From Thraustochytrium aureum (taxonomy: Eukaryota), in contig BLSG01000162.1 in assembly GCA_012862495.1 (NCBI GenBank), positions 185,122-228,711 of the forward strand: a stretch of 43,590 bases of DNA, given 5' to 3'. A program made the translations under genes and the position numbers. Below the pieces are notes generated by a model. That model was not told where the DNA came from, did not search any database, and saw nothing but the letters and a program-made list of their open reading frames with translations. The stretch's first letter is position 1; every line of letters starts with the position of its first letter. Shown here in pieces: positions 22,801-34,568 of the stretch.

Positions 22801-25800
22801 GCATCGCGTGCGACCAGAACGCGAGGGCCTTGAGGGCGTGGTACTCGCTTTCAGGGTCGCGGTGGGGCTTGGGAAGGACGGGAGGCCGGCCACCACCAGG
22901 CTCGTCGTTGGGCTCGTCGTCGTCGTCGTCGTCGTCGTCGCTGCTGTCCGAAAAAGAGTCGGCAGCGAGCAAGGCGGTGACACGCTCGTCGCGGGACGGC
23001 ACGAGGCCGCTGTTGAGGTGCTCCAAGACCTCCCTTGCGCCTTGCACGCACGCCGGCTCGACGGTGTCCAGCTTTAGAAGGCGCTGCAGTTTGGTCTTTA
23101 GCTGCCGCGCTTGCTGCTGCAAAACCGCTTGCTTTCCCGGCGTCCAGAAATCGAGCTCGGTTTCGAGCGCGTTGGTGGCTCCGCGCCGCTCGTCGGCTTT
23201 CACGCCGAGGAGCAAGCACGTTGCCTGCATGACCAAGGATAGATGCTCGGAGGGTTCGGTGATGCTGGCGAGCGCATGCAAGTCTTTGTTCCGTACAAGT
23301 TGCACTGCCAAATTCGCAGCGCGCATGACGGGGTCGACCTCCGTCTCGCGTGCCTCGTTGCACGCTGCCTCGAGGCGAGCGATCTGCGAGCGCAAGTGGT
23401 CCATCTTGGCCACGATCGCGTCGCGGACGGACTCTTTCGCTTGGAGTGCTGGCCGAGACTCGCGCTCCGCCGCCTCAAGCTCGGTCTGCTCTGCGCGAAG
23501 GCGGTCAAGGTCGGCCGAGAGCTCCTCGCACTCGTCCTCCAGGATGCGCTCCTGGTTCATAAAGTGCGGCTCGCCCACTGCGAGCAGCTTGTCAAGGCCT
23601 GCAAGGTCGGAGAGCGTGATGAACCGAAAAAGGCGCGCCTGGTCCTTGCTGAACCTGTCTGCTGTGCTGAGCATCTCGGACACAGTTTGGTTCCCCAGTC
23701 GGGCCGCTAGATCGACGGGCGTCATCCCGGTCTTGGCCTTGCGGTCAACGATGACCTGCTGCTTGAGAAGGAACTTGATGACTTCCACACGGCTCGCCAA
23801 GATGGCCTCTGAAAGCGGGGTGCGTCCTCGCGATGTTTCAGAGTTGAGGTCCGCGCCGAGGTCCAAGAAGAGTTCGAGGATCTTGACTCGGCCTTTGGCG
23901 GCAGCCCAAGTTAGCGGTGATTGACCGACATTGCTTTCTTCTGCGAGAATCTCGCGCATTCGAGCCTTGCGAAGCCGGTCGCTCTCCACGGGGTCGGGCC
24001 GTTTCCGAAGCGCTGCAGCCTTGAGAGCCTTTGTGGGCGGCTCTGGGGCGGGGGGCAGCGAGGACACTTTGCCAATGAGCTCTTGGACAAGTTTGAAGTC
24101 GCCCTCGCCAACCGCCCAGGACAGCGCGGATTCTCGGTGGGCTTCACACAACACAAACCTGCCACTCCCGTGGAAAACGTCACCAGTGACCCAGTTGCGC
24201 AGCTTCCGCGCGCAGCCGTCGCTCCCAATGGCGCACGGAACGATCCGGTCCGGGCACACGACGAGGTGGTCGCTGAGAGTCTCGGCGCGGTGCACTTCGC
24301 CGCACGCGTTGGGACAGGCTACCGACCGCTTGCCGCACGAGTCTGCCTCGTGCGCGTCGCGCCTGTCGAGCCGAACCGCCTGGCCGCAACCCAGGCGGCA
24401 CGTTTGCACGCGACGTGGGCAAGAGTTCGCTTCGTGGTCTTGCATTTCTTCGTCTGCGACCTTGTTGCCGCAGCCAAGGCTGCACCAGCGGAGTCGTCGC
24501 GGGCAAATCGTCTCGCGGTGGTCGGCGAGCTTGTCAATACGGACCTCTTCGCTGCAGTCGCACAGGACGGTGCGCATTGAGCAGACGTTGCTTTGGTGGT
24601 GCGCAAGCTCCATGGCCGCGCACACCGCTTCTTGATCGCACAAGTCGCACCTGACGGGACGAAGGTGGCACACGTTGCCTTCGTGGTGCGGCATTTCCTC
24701 GGCCCAGAGCACAGCACCGCATCCAAAGGCGCACGATACCTCTCGCTTGGGGCACTCGTTTGCCACGTGGGCTTCCATCGCGCGCCGCTCGACGTACGTG
24801 CTGCAGCCGAAAACGCAGCGCACCTTGGCGGCCTGGCAGGCGACGAGCGCGTGATTTTGCAGCTCAAACTTGTCGAGCCAGGCGCCGCAGGAGCAGCGCA
24901 CTTTCTGGAACTTGCACGATCCGTTTTCGTGTGCCCACTTGTCGCACCAGAGCATGACCTCGCCGCAGCCCTCGTTGGTGCACTGTACTTGGCGCCGAAC
25001 GCAGCCCTTTGCGATGTGGTCTTCGAGCTGCGCAGCCGGCAGGACCTGGCCGCACCCGTGAGGGCAGCCGAGGCGTCGCTTGGGGCAATGAGATCCTAGG
25101 TGCATTTGCCTGTCGCATGCCCGGAGAAGGCCGCATGTCCACTCTTGGGGGTTTATCTGCTCGACATGTTCGAGCTCTGGAAAGCTGACGGATCGCAGAG
25201 CGCCACTCGCAGTGCGGACGCGGTGTTGCCCCGTGGCTTCGTCGAAAGCCTCGACGAAGGCTGTCTCGGGCACGGGCTTGGCAATGGGGCTGCTTCCACT
25301 TGCCACCACTTCTCGTTCGACGGCAGGGGGCAGCTCTGAGCTGCTTGAGGGCGCCGGCTCTTGGGGCGGCAGGATTGCCTTTACCCTTCGGCCAACGTAG
25401 TCGTACAGGCAAGGCAAGAGCCGGTTTGGGCACGTTCCCGTTTCGCCTGTCGTGTGCATGTCGATGTTGCGGAACTCTAGTGTCTCCCCGCAGTCAGGGG
25501 ACAGCGCACGGGACGCCGGACGCAGTCGACCGACTCATGCGCCGTTCTGCCTTTTCTCGCAAGCCGTTAATCCCACAGCCGTGCCGGCAAGCCACAAGGC
25601 GTAGGTCGCAAAGATGCGACTCGTGCACGACGCGGCGGTCCTCGGGGGCCAATGATCTGGCTGCATCCAAGGGCGCAGGGGCGCTTGCATTCGTTCTCCT
25701 CGTGGGCGTCGCGGTCTTTGTAGCAAAGGCGCAACCCGCAGCCAACGCGGCACCGCACTAGACGATTTGGGCAAGCATGCGCGAGGTGGTCGCGCAGCTC

Positions 25801-27694
25801 GTTGCTTTTCACAAAGGCCCCACAGCCCTCCGGGTGCTTGGCGCTGTCGCACTTGACAACCCGAAGCGGGCACGCGGTGAGCTCATGCTGCGCAAGGTCC
25901 TTGTGCTGCATGCTTGACCCGCAGCCGATGCGGCACTGCACGGTCCTGAAATGGCACTTGTGCCGCTCGTGCGCGGCAATGTCAGCCTTGCGCATTTTGG
26001 TCGCGCAGCCATGGTACACGTGGCGGCAACGCACGACCCTCAAAACGCACTCGTTCTCGAGGTGGTGGTCCATTTCCGAGGCGGTACTGACTCGCCGCAC
26101 ACTCGCTGGCATTGGACNNNNNNNNNNNNNNNNNNNNNNNNNNNNNNNNNNNNNNNNNNNNNNNNNNNNNNNNNNNNNNNNNNNNNNNNNNNNNNNNNNN
26201 NNNNNNNNNNNNNNNNNNNNNNNNNNNNNNNNNNNNNNNNNNNNNNNNNNNNNNNNNNNNNNNNNNNNNNNNNNNNNNNNNNNNNNNNNNNNNNNNNNNN
26301 NNNNNNNNNNNNNNNNNNNNNNNNNNNNNNNNNNNNNNNNNNNNNNNNNNNNNNNNNNNNNNNNNNNNNNNNNNNNNNNNNNNNNNNNNNNNNNNNNNNN
26401 NNNNNNNNNNNNNNNNNNNNNNNNNNNNNNNNNNNNNNNNNNNNNNNNNNNNNNNNNNNNNNNNNNNNNNNNNNCTCGTCGCGTCCTTTTCGAGGTTGAG
26501 GCGGTCGATGCGCTCCTCAGCGCGGGCTTCTGCCTCGTCGAGCACCATGATGATGTCTTCGGCGCCGGTGCGCTGTGCGTAGTCGCGAGCGGTCATGTTC
26601 TTTGCATCGCGCAAGTTGAGCGTGTTGCGGAAGAACTCGCTCCAGTCCCGGAGCTGGTTGGCGCGGTCGAGGTCGAGGTGGCTCACGCCTACCGTCTCGA
26701 GGAGCCGCGCCTGCTCGCCAACCGACCTGTCTTGCATGTAGTCCACAATGGCCATGGCGACCTGCGAGTGGCCGTTCAGGGTGGCGTGCATAAGCGCTGT
26801 CCGGCGCTCTTTGGCCGTCTGGAAGGCCAGGTCTGCTCCGAGGTTGACGAGGATGCGCACGGACGCGAGCTGGCCGCAGGCGCTCGCCCAGGTGAGCGCG
26901 TTGTGGCCGCTGGCGAGGGTGGCTTGGTCCACGTCGGCGCCGTGGTCGACGAGAAGCGTAAGCAAATCTACGCGGCCTGCGGCGCTAGCCCGCAGGAGCG
27001 CTGTCATGCCACCCTCGATTTGGGTGTTGACAAAGTAAACGTACTGGTCGGCTGGTCCGCTCGGTCTTGGCCGCTTGAAGCCAGCTTGGGCCCCCTGAGC
27101 CGCGAGCGCCCTGTGTTCTTCGACTCCGCGCTCGAACGCGGCCTTGGAGAGGTCACAGGATTGGAGCAGGTCGAAGAGGGCCTCAAGGTCACTTGTGCGG
27201 ATCAACCCTTGGAGCCGCGCGCGAAGCTCGGCGTCTTGCTGAACACGCGGTTCTCGAGGGTCTCCAGGCGCGCCCTCGCGGCTCGTGCCGATCGCTCGGA
27301 GGCCACGTTGGCACGGATTCGTTCCTCGATAAGTGCCGCGCACTCTTTGTGCCTCGCCATCCTGGCCCAGTCAAGCGCGCTTTTCCCCGAGGCGTCGAGC
27401 TGGAACAGGTCGATCCTGTCGGCTGCCCGGCGCAGCAACAGGCCCACGATCGACGCGTGGCCGCCCGCGGCGGCTTTCATGAGCCCGGTCCTGCCAGCAA
27501 AGTTCTGCTGGTTGACGTTGCAACCGTGGTCGAGCAAGGCTTTGACAACAGCGGCCTCGCCGCAGCCGCACGCGCGCGTGAAGAGCGTCTCTTGCCCGCT
27601 ACACAGCACGTCGGGCTCCACTTCGCCGGTGTCCACAAGCCACAGCGCCTCCTCGAAGTCGAACGCCGCGAGCGCCTTCTCCAGCCGCCGCCTT
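19898..27694 (-). CDS. Giant (>2500 aa) ankyrin-repeat / TRAF-type zinc finger protein with dynein stalk-MTBD-like insert and IQ-like motif; start in gap 27695-28143, four apparent frameshifts and two internal gaps
   Basis: Many C-x3-C-x11-12-H-x3-4-C repeats (e.g. CPHGCGQVLPAAQLEDHIAKGCVRRQVQC). Ankyrin motifs GRTGLMKAAAGGH, GHNALTWASACGQ, GRTPLSEAI and GHTALSWAAMYG. The ORF pieces join with 1-nt shifts at ~27242, ~25646, ~25549 and ~25496. Confidence 0.85.
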
Positions 27695-28489
27695 NNNNNN
27701 NNNNNNNNNNNNNNNNNNNNNNNNNNNNNNNNNNNNNNNNNNNNNNNNNNNNNNNNNNNNNNNNNNNNNNNNNNNNNNNNNNNNNNNNNNNNNNNNNNNN
27801 NNNNNNNNNNNNNNNNNNNNNNNNNNNNNNNNNNNNNNNNNNNNNNNNNNNNNNNNNNNNNNNNNNNNNNNNNNNNNNNNNNNNNNNNNNNNNNNNNNNN
27901 NNNNNNNNNNNNNNNNNNNNNNNNNNNNNNNNNNNNNNNNNNNNNNNNNNNNNNNNNNNNNNNNNNNNNNNNNNNNNNNNNNNNNNNNNNNNNNNNNNNN
28001 NNNNNNNNNNNNNNNNNNNNNNNNNNNNNNNNNNNNNNNNNNNNNNNNNNNNNNNNNNNNNNNNNNNNNNNNNNNNNNNNNNNNNNNNNNNNNNNNNNNN
28101 NNNNNNNNNNNNNNNNNNNNNNNNNNNNNNNNNNNNNNNNNNNAGATGGGCTTGGGGCTCGTCGGGCTCCTGCCCGCCCGCCCGCCCGCCCGCCTGGCTC
28201 GGCGGCGGGCGCTGCTCGTTGGGCGCGGTGGAGGTATGAACTCGGCAGCGAATGGCCGGCGCTCACAGCGGTCAAGTTGGCTTCTCTTTGGCTCTCTACT
28301 CAATCGGTACCACTGGCTAGCTCGTAGAGTTGACCCTTCGAGCGGGCCGTGGGAGCGACGAGGGCCGACTTGCCCGGAGCCGGCCGCCCGCGCTAGCCTC
28401 CTGAAAGCGGGCGGGCTTCAAGTCGCTCATATTGACCCACGCGGTCGACAAGTCTGGCGCACCGCGAGGCCGCCACGGCGTTTGTGCTC

Positions 28490-29011
28490 TTACACGAGGC
28501 TGGACTGGATGAGCGTGCCGTCGTCCACGTAGCGCTTCTTGACGTTCTGCATGCGCTTGCGCACGCAGAGGATCTCGCCGACGAGGTAGATCATGCCGAT
28601 GCCAAAGATGCAGTAAGCGAGGATGCGGCGCACATCCTCCCAGACAGCCTGGGCGTCGGCGCTCTTGAAGGGCGAGTTGCCCCCGGCGAGGCCGAGCGAC
28701 AGGATGCCGATAAAGATGAGGAAGAGACCGCGCACCGCCCAGTTCTTGAACCCGGGGAAGTGGTCAAAGAAGGCCTTGTACCGCACCTCGATCATGGCCA
28801 CAATAACGGCAAACGCGAGCCCGTAGAGGTTGAGGAAGAAGACGTACCAGATGTCGACCAGGCTGCTCGAGTCGTTGATCATGGTCCGCACGGTGCCGAC
28901 CAGGCCGAACCCATAGCTCACGCCGTTGGCCACCGCGCACAGCAGCGAAACGTACGAGAGCAGGCTCAAAAAGTAGAGCGAGCAGGGCTTGTTGCCTTCG
29001 CGCTTCGCCAT
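28490..29011 (-). CDS. COPI-associated / Tvp15-like Golgi membrane protein, 173 aa
   Basis: Four hydrophobic segments and the YGLAFAVIVAMIEV...F.GFKNWAVRGLFLIFIGIL signature. Confidence 0.75.
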   Translation of the reverse strand: MAKREGNKPCSLYFLSLLSYVSLLCAVANGVSYGFGLVGTVRTMINDSSSLVDIWYVFFLNLYGLAFAVIVAMIEVRYKAFFDHFPGFKNWAVRGLFLIFIGILSLGLAGGNSPFKSADAQAVWEDVRRILAYCIFGIGMIYLVGEILCVRKRMQNVKKRYVDDGTLIQSSLV

Positions 29012-29997
29012 CTCTCCCTTCGGCTCGGCCCTTTCGCGTCTTCAATCCGTCGCTGAGCGGTCGGCGCGTGGGCTGCCCGTCCTCCGCTGCTCTGCCCGCT
29101 GCTCGCTCGTTCCAGGTCTGCTGGGTGGAGTGATCGATCGATCGACGATCGGGTCGGCCCGGTGTGTGCGAGTCGAGCGTCAATAAAGTCTGCAAATTGC
29201 AAAATAATTGCCTCAAATGTTACCCCGAAGGGGCCAGGTTGCCGCCAGGACGAGCGGCGGGCAGTATTCCGTCACGGTTGTCGCGGAGAACAGCTGCATT
29301 CTGCGCGCGTTTTGTGAGGCCTGCCAGTTCGCGGATCCCGCATCAGAAACGTCTTTCTCATGCGCGGTTTCCCCGGAGCTCATTTGGCACATCCAGAACA
29401 AGTGTGCACGCCGAAGCAGGGTGGTAGGGTGATGATGAGTAGGGATGGATGATGCCTGTGAATGGGTCCAGTTGACGCCCCGATCAACGAGCCCGATTTG
29501 GAAGCAAGTCTATACGGTACCTCTACTTGGCAGCCAGTGGCTGACTAGCTGTCCAGGACTTTTTTCGAGCGATCGAATCAACAAAAATGCCGCGGTGCAC
29601 TGCGCGCTCTACCCCGCACTGCCACGCCCCGGGTAGCTCCAGGTTCAAGTCGGTTGGTGTTGCCGCCGCCAGCCTTGTTGTTTTTCTTGCGGCGCTGAAA
29701 TCGTACGGACCAAAAATTGCCGCGGAGAAGCGTCGGGAGAGTGGTAGGCAGAGTACGATCAAGTGACGTATGTTCCTCGTTGGTGTCGGCCGGCCGCCGT
29801 GCGAGCAGATTCGCGTCGCCCTGCTCGTCGCGCTGGCGCTGACGGCCAGGAGGACTCGGACTACTGGCGTGCGGGCATGTACAAGGCAAACAGGGCACGA
29901 CGCTCGGAGCGCGAAGGAAAGTATCTGAGCTAGTTGCACATTGCAAACGTCCTTCGGATAAACGCGTGGGGGCCGCACGGCCCTCCCCGCCGCAGGG

Positions 29998-30312
29998 TCA
30001 CTGTGTCCGCGTCACAAGGACAGCGGCCTCGCCAACATAAAAGAATGCAAAGTGCTTGGCGTCGTGAATGCAGTGCACGCCAAAATGCCGCCCGACGACG
30101 ACCTGCCAGCTCTTGGCGTAGTTTTCGTCGCAGAACTCCTTGATCTTGGCCGCGTGCTCCTGCGTCGGCTCTGTGCCCGGTGGAAGGTCCGCAAGCACCT
30201 CTTTGGCCTTGTCAATCGTGTGCTTGAGCTGGTCGAGGTCCATGTCGCACGGCACCTTGACTTTGGCTTCCCACATGTGCCTCCACCCCGCTGAGCTCGC
30301 CGTATCCACCAT
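29998..30312 (-). CDS. Dynein light chain type 1 (LC8 family), divergent
   Basis: DM...AAKIKEFCDENYAKSWQVVVGRHFGVHCIHDAKHFAFFYVGEAAVLV resembles LC8 [38 protein letters not shown]. Confidence 0.9.
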   Translation of the reverse strand: MVDTASSAGWRHMWEAKVKVPCDMDLDQLKHTIDKAKEVLADLPPGTEPTQEHAAKIKEFCDENYAKSWQVVVGRHFGVHCIHDAKHFAFFYVGEAAVLVTRTQ

Positions 30313-30516
30313 CTTCCGCACCGCCCAGCTCCACGGTCCTCGTGGGGCAACGCAACGAGGAGCCCAAGCAAGACCTTGCCAGCGTCAAGCGCCACAACGC
30401 TGCCGGCGTTGAGCAAGGCAGCCCCAGGCTCCGAGGCAGACAGCAACCAGCAGGGCTGGAACAAACAGCACTTGGCAGGGCCCGATACCGCACGCAGCAG
30501 CGCACCGACGACCGCG

Positions 30517-30517
30517 A

Positions 30518-30562
<45 letters not shown>

Positions 30563-30568
30563 TGACTG
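30517..30568. repeat. (GCTG)n microsatellite flanked by (ACTG)n upstream of the dynein light chain gene
   Basis: actgactggctggctgg...ctgactgactg read directly. Confidence 0.9.
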
Positions 30569-31361
30569 CTCTTGGCGCACTGCCCAAGCGATTCTGGCGC
30601 TCAACGGCCGTGCAGCATCCGCCTCCAGCGCCTATATCCATGAACAACGGCTACTTCCCTGTTCCACGGGCAGGAACAGTCCATCGTTCGCGGCTAGTAC
30701 CGTAGAAAACGGATAGTACCCTTGTTGGCGGATGAATTCGTCCCGAAGCGCGTGTGTGTATTGTAGGGTACACCGTTTAAAATAAATGGTTTCAACTGAT
30801 GCGTTTGTTTCGTTATTATGGGAGTAGGCGGCTGGGACTTGCAGGCAAGAATTTGGACGTGAGTGCTCTCGAAGTTGATGCAAGGCAAACGCGCTGGACG
30901 TCGCAGCAGCGCAAGCCCGAGCTGCTCGAGGCAGGGGCGTGGCAGGATCTGGCACTGCAGGAACTGGCACAACCACAACAACAAAGCGTGTGTCTTGCAC
31001 TTCGGCAGCACCCAGCGCTCCAACAGCTGCGGTCACCACGGTGGCACGTACCAGGTGGCACATTAGCACTTGACGGCTCGACGCAGCACCCGGCAGCGCA
31101 AATCTGACGACGCAGCTGCTCAGTGAAGTCGACAAAAGCTGCACCGTCACATCGTCTACTGCTGCAGCACAGGCAGCACCAGACGGAACGGCAGCACCTG
31201 GCACGCCACAGGTGCTGGGAAACGTACCTGACACGCTACAGCGCCTGACAACCCTCAGCTGCTGACCGAAAGGCTGCCAGAACGGCAGCACCCGACACGC
31301 TGCAGCGCCTGACAGCGGCAAGAAGTCGCTGCCAGGCCCCAGGCTGTTGCGATACTCGACG

Positions 31362-32459
31362 ATGGTCGGCCAGGGCGCCCTCGACAACGAGGATGCAGTC
31401 GATGTTGGTGATGTCTGCGAAGGCGAGTTTGGAACAGGCGGTGGCGTCAACTTTGCTGATGTGGTTGCTCAAAATGGCGGCGTGATGGGAGGTGGCGAGG
31501 ATGAACCCGTTGGGGTCCTCCTCGGCGGGGGTGTGGAAGCTGGCGCCATGACGGTTCCCGATAAGGCGAGGATCGAGGAGGAGCTCAAGCTGTTTCGACC
31601 TCGAGAAGCAGTAGCGGCTGAACTAGAGCGGCTGCGGCTGCTCAGGGAGGAACACCCCGAGTACGCCGCGCAGGTTGTGCTGCAAGGGGAGAGCATGGTC
31701 GAGCTTGCTGCAGAGGGCGCACTGGACGCGCTTGCCACGCTTGCCGTTGGGTGCAGGGAGGTACGTGCGCATGCAGAGAGCTAGCTGGCAGAGAGCAACC
31801 TGGCTGGCTGGCAACCTCGGTTTGTCTGGCAACCTCGGTTTGTCAGGAAACCTCGGTTGTGTGAATCGCTTCAAGAGCTCGCAGCTGACGCGTCGGACGG
31901 CGTTCCGAAATTGCGAAGGGAGAGCTCCTCGCGTGGACAAGCGCGCGCATGTTTAAAGCTGCGTGCGTTAATGGGAGGTTAAGTGTTGTGCGCTTCATGG
32001 CCGAGAACGGCGTCACAAAGCACCATCCAGGACTGCGCCACTTGCTCCACGAGCTTGTCGAAGGAGACGAAGATGAGGCTCTCTTGGTGAAGGTCATCCC
32101 TGTTCTGGTACGTTCTTGCTCGCTACGCGCCACGCCCGAGCGGCACTGACGCGGGCGCGTCAGTGGCGCAGGTAAACGAGTGCGGCTTCGACGTCAACTC
32201 GATGCGCCGCGGCGACGGCGTCACCCCTCTCCACCTCGCATGCGACAAGCCCTCCCTCACGCTGTTTAAGGTGCTGGTGCTCTTGAAGGCCGACATTCAC
32301 GCAATAGCCAACGACAACTCGCTCCCGCTCACGCGCGCCTTCGCGGCAGCGCAGGCTGCCACCACGAGCGCCGCAGTCATCGCCTCGGGCGAAATTGTGA
32401 AATACCTGCAGCTCATGGGAGCCAGCGATACGGTCTCTCTCGTTTCCTCAACCGGCTAA
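31362..32459 (+). CDS. Ankyrin-repeat protein, exons ~31362-31760, 31919-32107, 32172-32459 (both ends uncertain)
   Basis: Two phase-0 GTACGT...CTGAC...AG introns (31761-31918 and 32108-32171) join three ORFs in frame. Motifs MFKAACVNGRLSVVRFMAENG and FDVNSMRRGDGVTPLHLAC. Confidence 0.75.
31808..31860. repeat. 18-bp tandem repeat x3 inside intron 1
   Basis: CTGGCAACCTCGGTTTGT twice plus degenerate CAGGAAACCTCGGTTGT. Confidence 0.85.
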
Positions 32460-33173
32460 AACCTCCTCTGGCTTGGCGATGTGCGCGAGGCGCGTAGCGG
32501 CGTCCAGGCCCGACACGACACTTCTACTAATTAGAAAAAAGCTGAGGTCCAAACCCCAGCCACCGAATTCAACCCTGTAGAGCTCCTTGCAATCCCCCAC
32601 GCAATCCTGCAAAGTGCCTTCGCCCAGGCCGCCGCCGCTGCGCTCAGGCAAGCAGCAGGCCCACGCCAACGCGGGAGACCATCGGCAGGCACGGGAGGGA
32701 CGCTGGATGGATCTGTCGCGGCACAGATCCGGTAGGAACAGATTTGTCTCGCTCGCATTTTGTAGAGTACGGCGCGGAATTCCATCCTGCTTGCACGCGA
32801 GCAGCGCGCATGCGGCGCTCGACGAAGCGCAGCAGACACGCGCGGTCGCCCACGTCGCAAAGGAACCTACAGCATCCCAATCACGCTTTCGGGCGGCTGC
32901 TGAGGCTGCGCCGGAGACCAGNNNNNNNNNNNNNNNNNNNNNNNNNNNNNNNNNNNNNNNNNNNNNNNNNNNNNNNNNNNNNNNNNNNNNNNNNNNNNNN
33001 NNNNNNNNNNNNNNNNNNNNNNNNNNNNNNNNNNNNNNNNNNNNNNNNNNNNNNNNNNNNNNNNNNNNNNNNNNNNNNNNNNNNNNNNNNNNNNNNNNNN
33101 NNNNNNNNNNNNNNNNNNNNNNNNNNGCCTCCTGGCCCGAGGCCGGCTGTGAAGAATCTGGGCGGGCTTCGCG

Positions 33174-34568
33174 ATGGAAGAGAGCAAAGTGGAGGAAAAG
33201 CAGGGCGCTGAAGACGCGGCGTACGGCGCTGGCAAGTCGCCGAGCGAGATATACCGAGAACTAGGGCCGACCGCGCTGTTCTTGCGCACCACGACAGCGC
33301 GAAAGGCCGCCGTGCTTCAAGCGTCGAAAGAGGCCAAGGAGGCAGAGGAGGAGAACGCGAGGCTCGCTGCGCAAGAGCGTCGGCGACAGATCCAGAGTAT
33401 TTTGCAGGAAGCTAGCCTCGCAGGTGAGTTTCGCCTCCAGCCGACGCTTCCTCGCTTGCAGTCTGGGCGGTCGCAATGGCAAGGGTTTCTGCGGCGCCGG
33501 AGCGTGCTTGGGCTCTCCTTTGACGACCTCTTGGAAAGCGAAAGCGACGGGGCCAGAGGGAGCGCCGCGCACAACAAGCGCCCAGAGCAACTGGACGCAG
33601 ACATCGCTCAACTCAACGAGCGGCTACTGAGGTCCCCCAAGACGTCCCTGTCGTTTGAGGCTCTGCAGAAAGCAGTGCCAGTGTACGACAGCGACTACCG
33701 AACGCTGTTCAGCGGACTCAACGACAAGAGGCTGCGCCGCGCGGTCTCAGCCTTCACCTCGCCGAGCCAGCCGCAGCGCGACCCGCGAGAGTTTTCCAGC
33801 GACCGCGCGCTCCTGCGGCGCGAGAGGCTCAAGCACTCGCAACGCATTCGCGCTCTGGTCACGCTCTTCTGGCTCGCAGCGGACACGGACCGGAGCAACA
33901 CGATGACGCGCGAAAAGTACTTGCTGCTCAACCGCAAACTGCAGATAGGCATTCTGGGCATCTACGATCCAGGGTTTGGCGCCGAGCTCGCCGCGCGCGA
34001 CTGGGAGTTGGACAGCGAGGGCGAGCTGCTCGCCCCTTTTGACCTGATTTTCTGCTCGCTGTTTTTCCTTGTCGACATGTACGCCAAGCGAATCGATGAG
34101 GACGCGTACTGTGACTTTCTCGCAGCGCTCGCGCAGCGCACGATCCGGCTCGAAGCAGGGACGTCGACCATGCTCGCCTTCCGCGCAGACACGCACGTAA
34201 TCCCGCGCAAGACGTTTGAGTTTATCCGCGCCGAGAACCCAAAATGGACGGCCTTCGCGCTCCCGCAGAGCGCTTCGGAGTGCCGGAAGTTGTACGGCCA
34301 ATCCAGCGAGGAGATCGAAGACGTTCTGGCAACCGCCGCTCCCAATCGGCAGTCAGATGGTTTGCGCGGCCCGAGCGATCTCGAGGACGGCTTGCATTTG
34401 GGCGAGGACTTGGACAATCACCTCGACGAGAAGCGCAGCACTTGCACTAGCACAGCAGGTCGCATGGGAACGTCGCGCGACCGTCCGCTGTCGCGATCGC
34501 TCTCACGAGGGCTTGAGAGTTTGCGTGAGCGGGCCGGGCGGCGCAGCATCGAGCAAAAGTGCCCGTAG
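33174..34568 (+). CDS. Hypothetical protein with degenerate EF-hand-like region, 464 aa
   Basis: Long ORF with ATG. FWLAADTDRSNTMTREKY (EF-loop-like) followed by AARDWELDSEG..FCSLFFLVDMY...AYCDFL. Confidence 0.7.
   Translation: MEESKVEEKQGAEDAAYGAGKSPSEIYRELGPTALFLRTTTARKAAVLQASKEAKEAEEENARLAAQERRRQIQSILQEASLAGEFRLQPTLPRLQSGRSQWQGFLRRRSVLGLSFDDLLESESDGARGSAAHNKRPEQLDADIAQLNERLLRSPKTSLSFEALQKAVPVYDSDYRTLFSGLNDKRLRRAVSAFTSPSQPQRDPREFSSDRALLRRERLKHSQRIRALVTLFWLAADTDRSNTMTREKYLLLNRKLQIGILGIYDPGFGAELAARDWELDSEGELLAPFDLIFCSLFFLVDMYAKRIDEDAYCDFLAALAQRTIRLEAGTSTMLAFRADTHVIPRKTFEFIRAENPKWTAFALPQSASECRKLYGQSSEEIEDVLATAAPNRQSDGLRGPSDLEDGLHLGEDLDNHLDEKRSTCTSTAGRMGTSRDRPLSRSLSRGLESLRERAGRRSIEQKCP

Noticed and set aside
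30632..31450. 272-aa minus-strand ORF and lower-GC stretch as possible foreign DNA
   Set aside because: Low-complexity translation overlapping the ankyrin gene antisense, with no mobile-element hallmarks.
32460..32920. Possible extra 3' exon of the ankyrin gene (KAEVQTPATEFNPVELL...)
   Set aside because: No convincing donor or branch-acceptor spacing; cannot be supported without transcripts.
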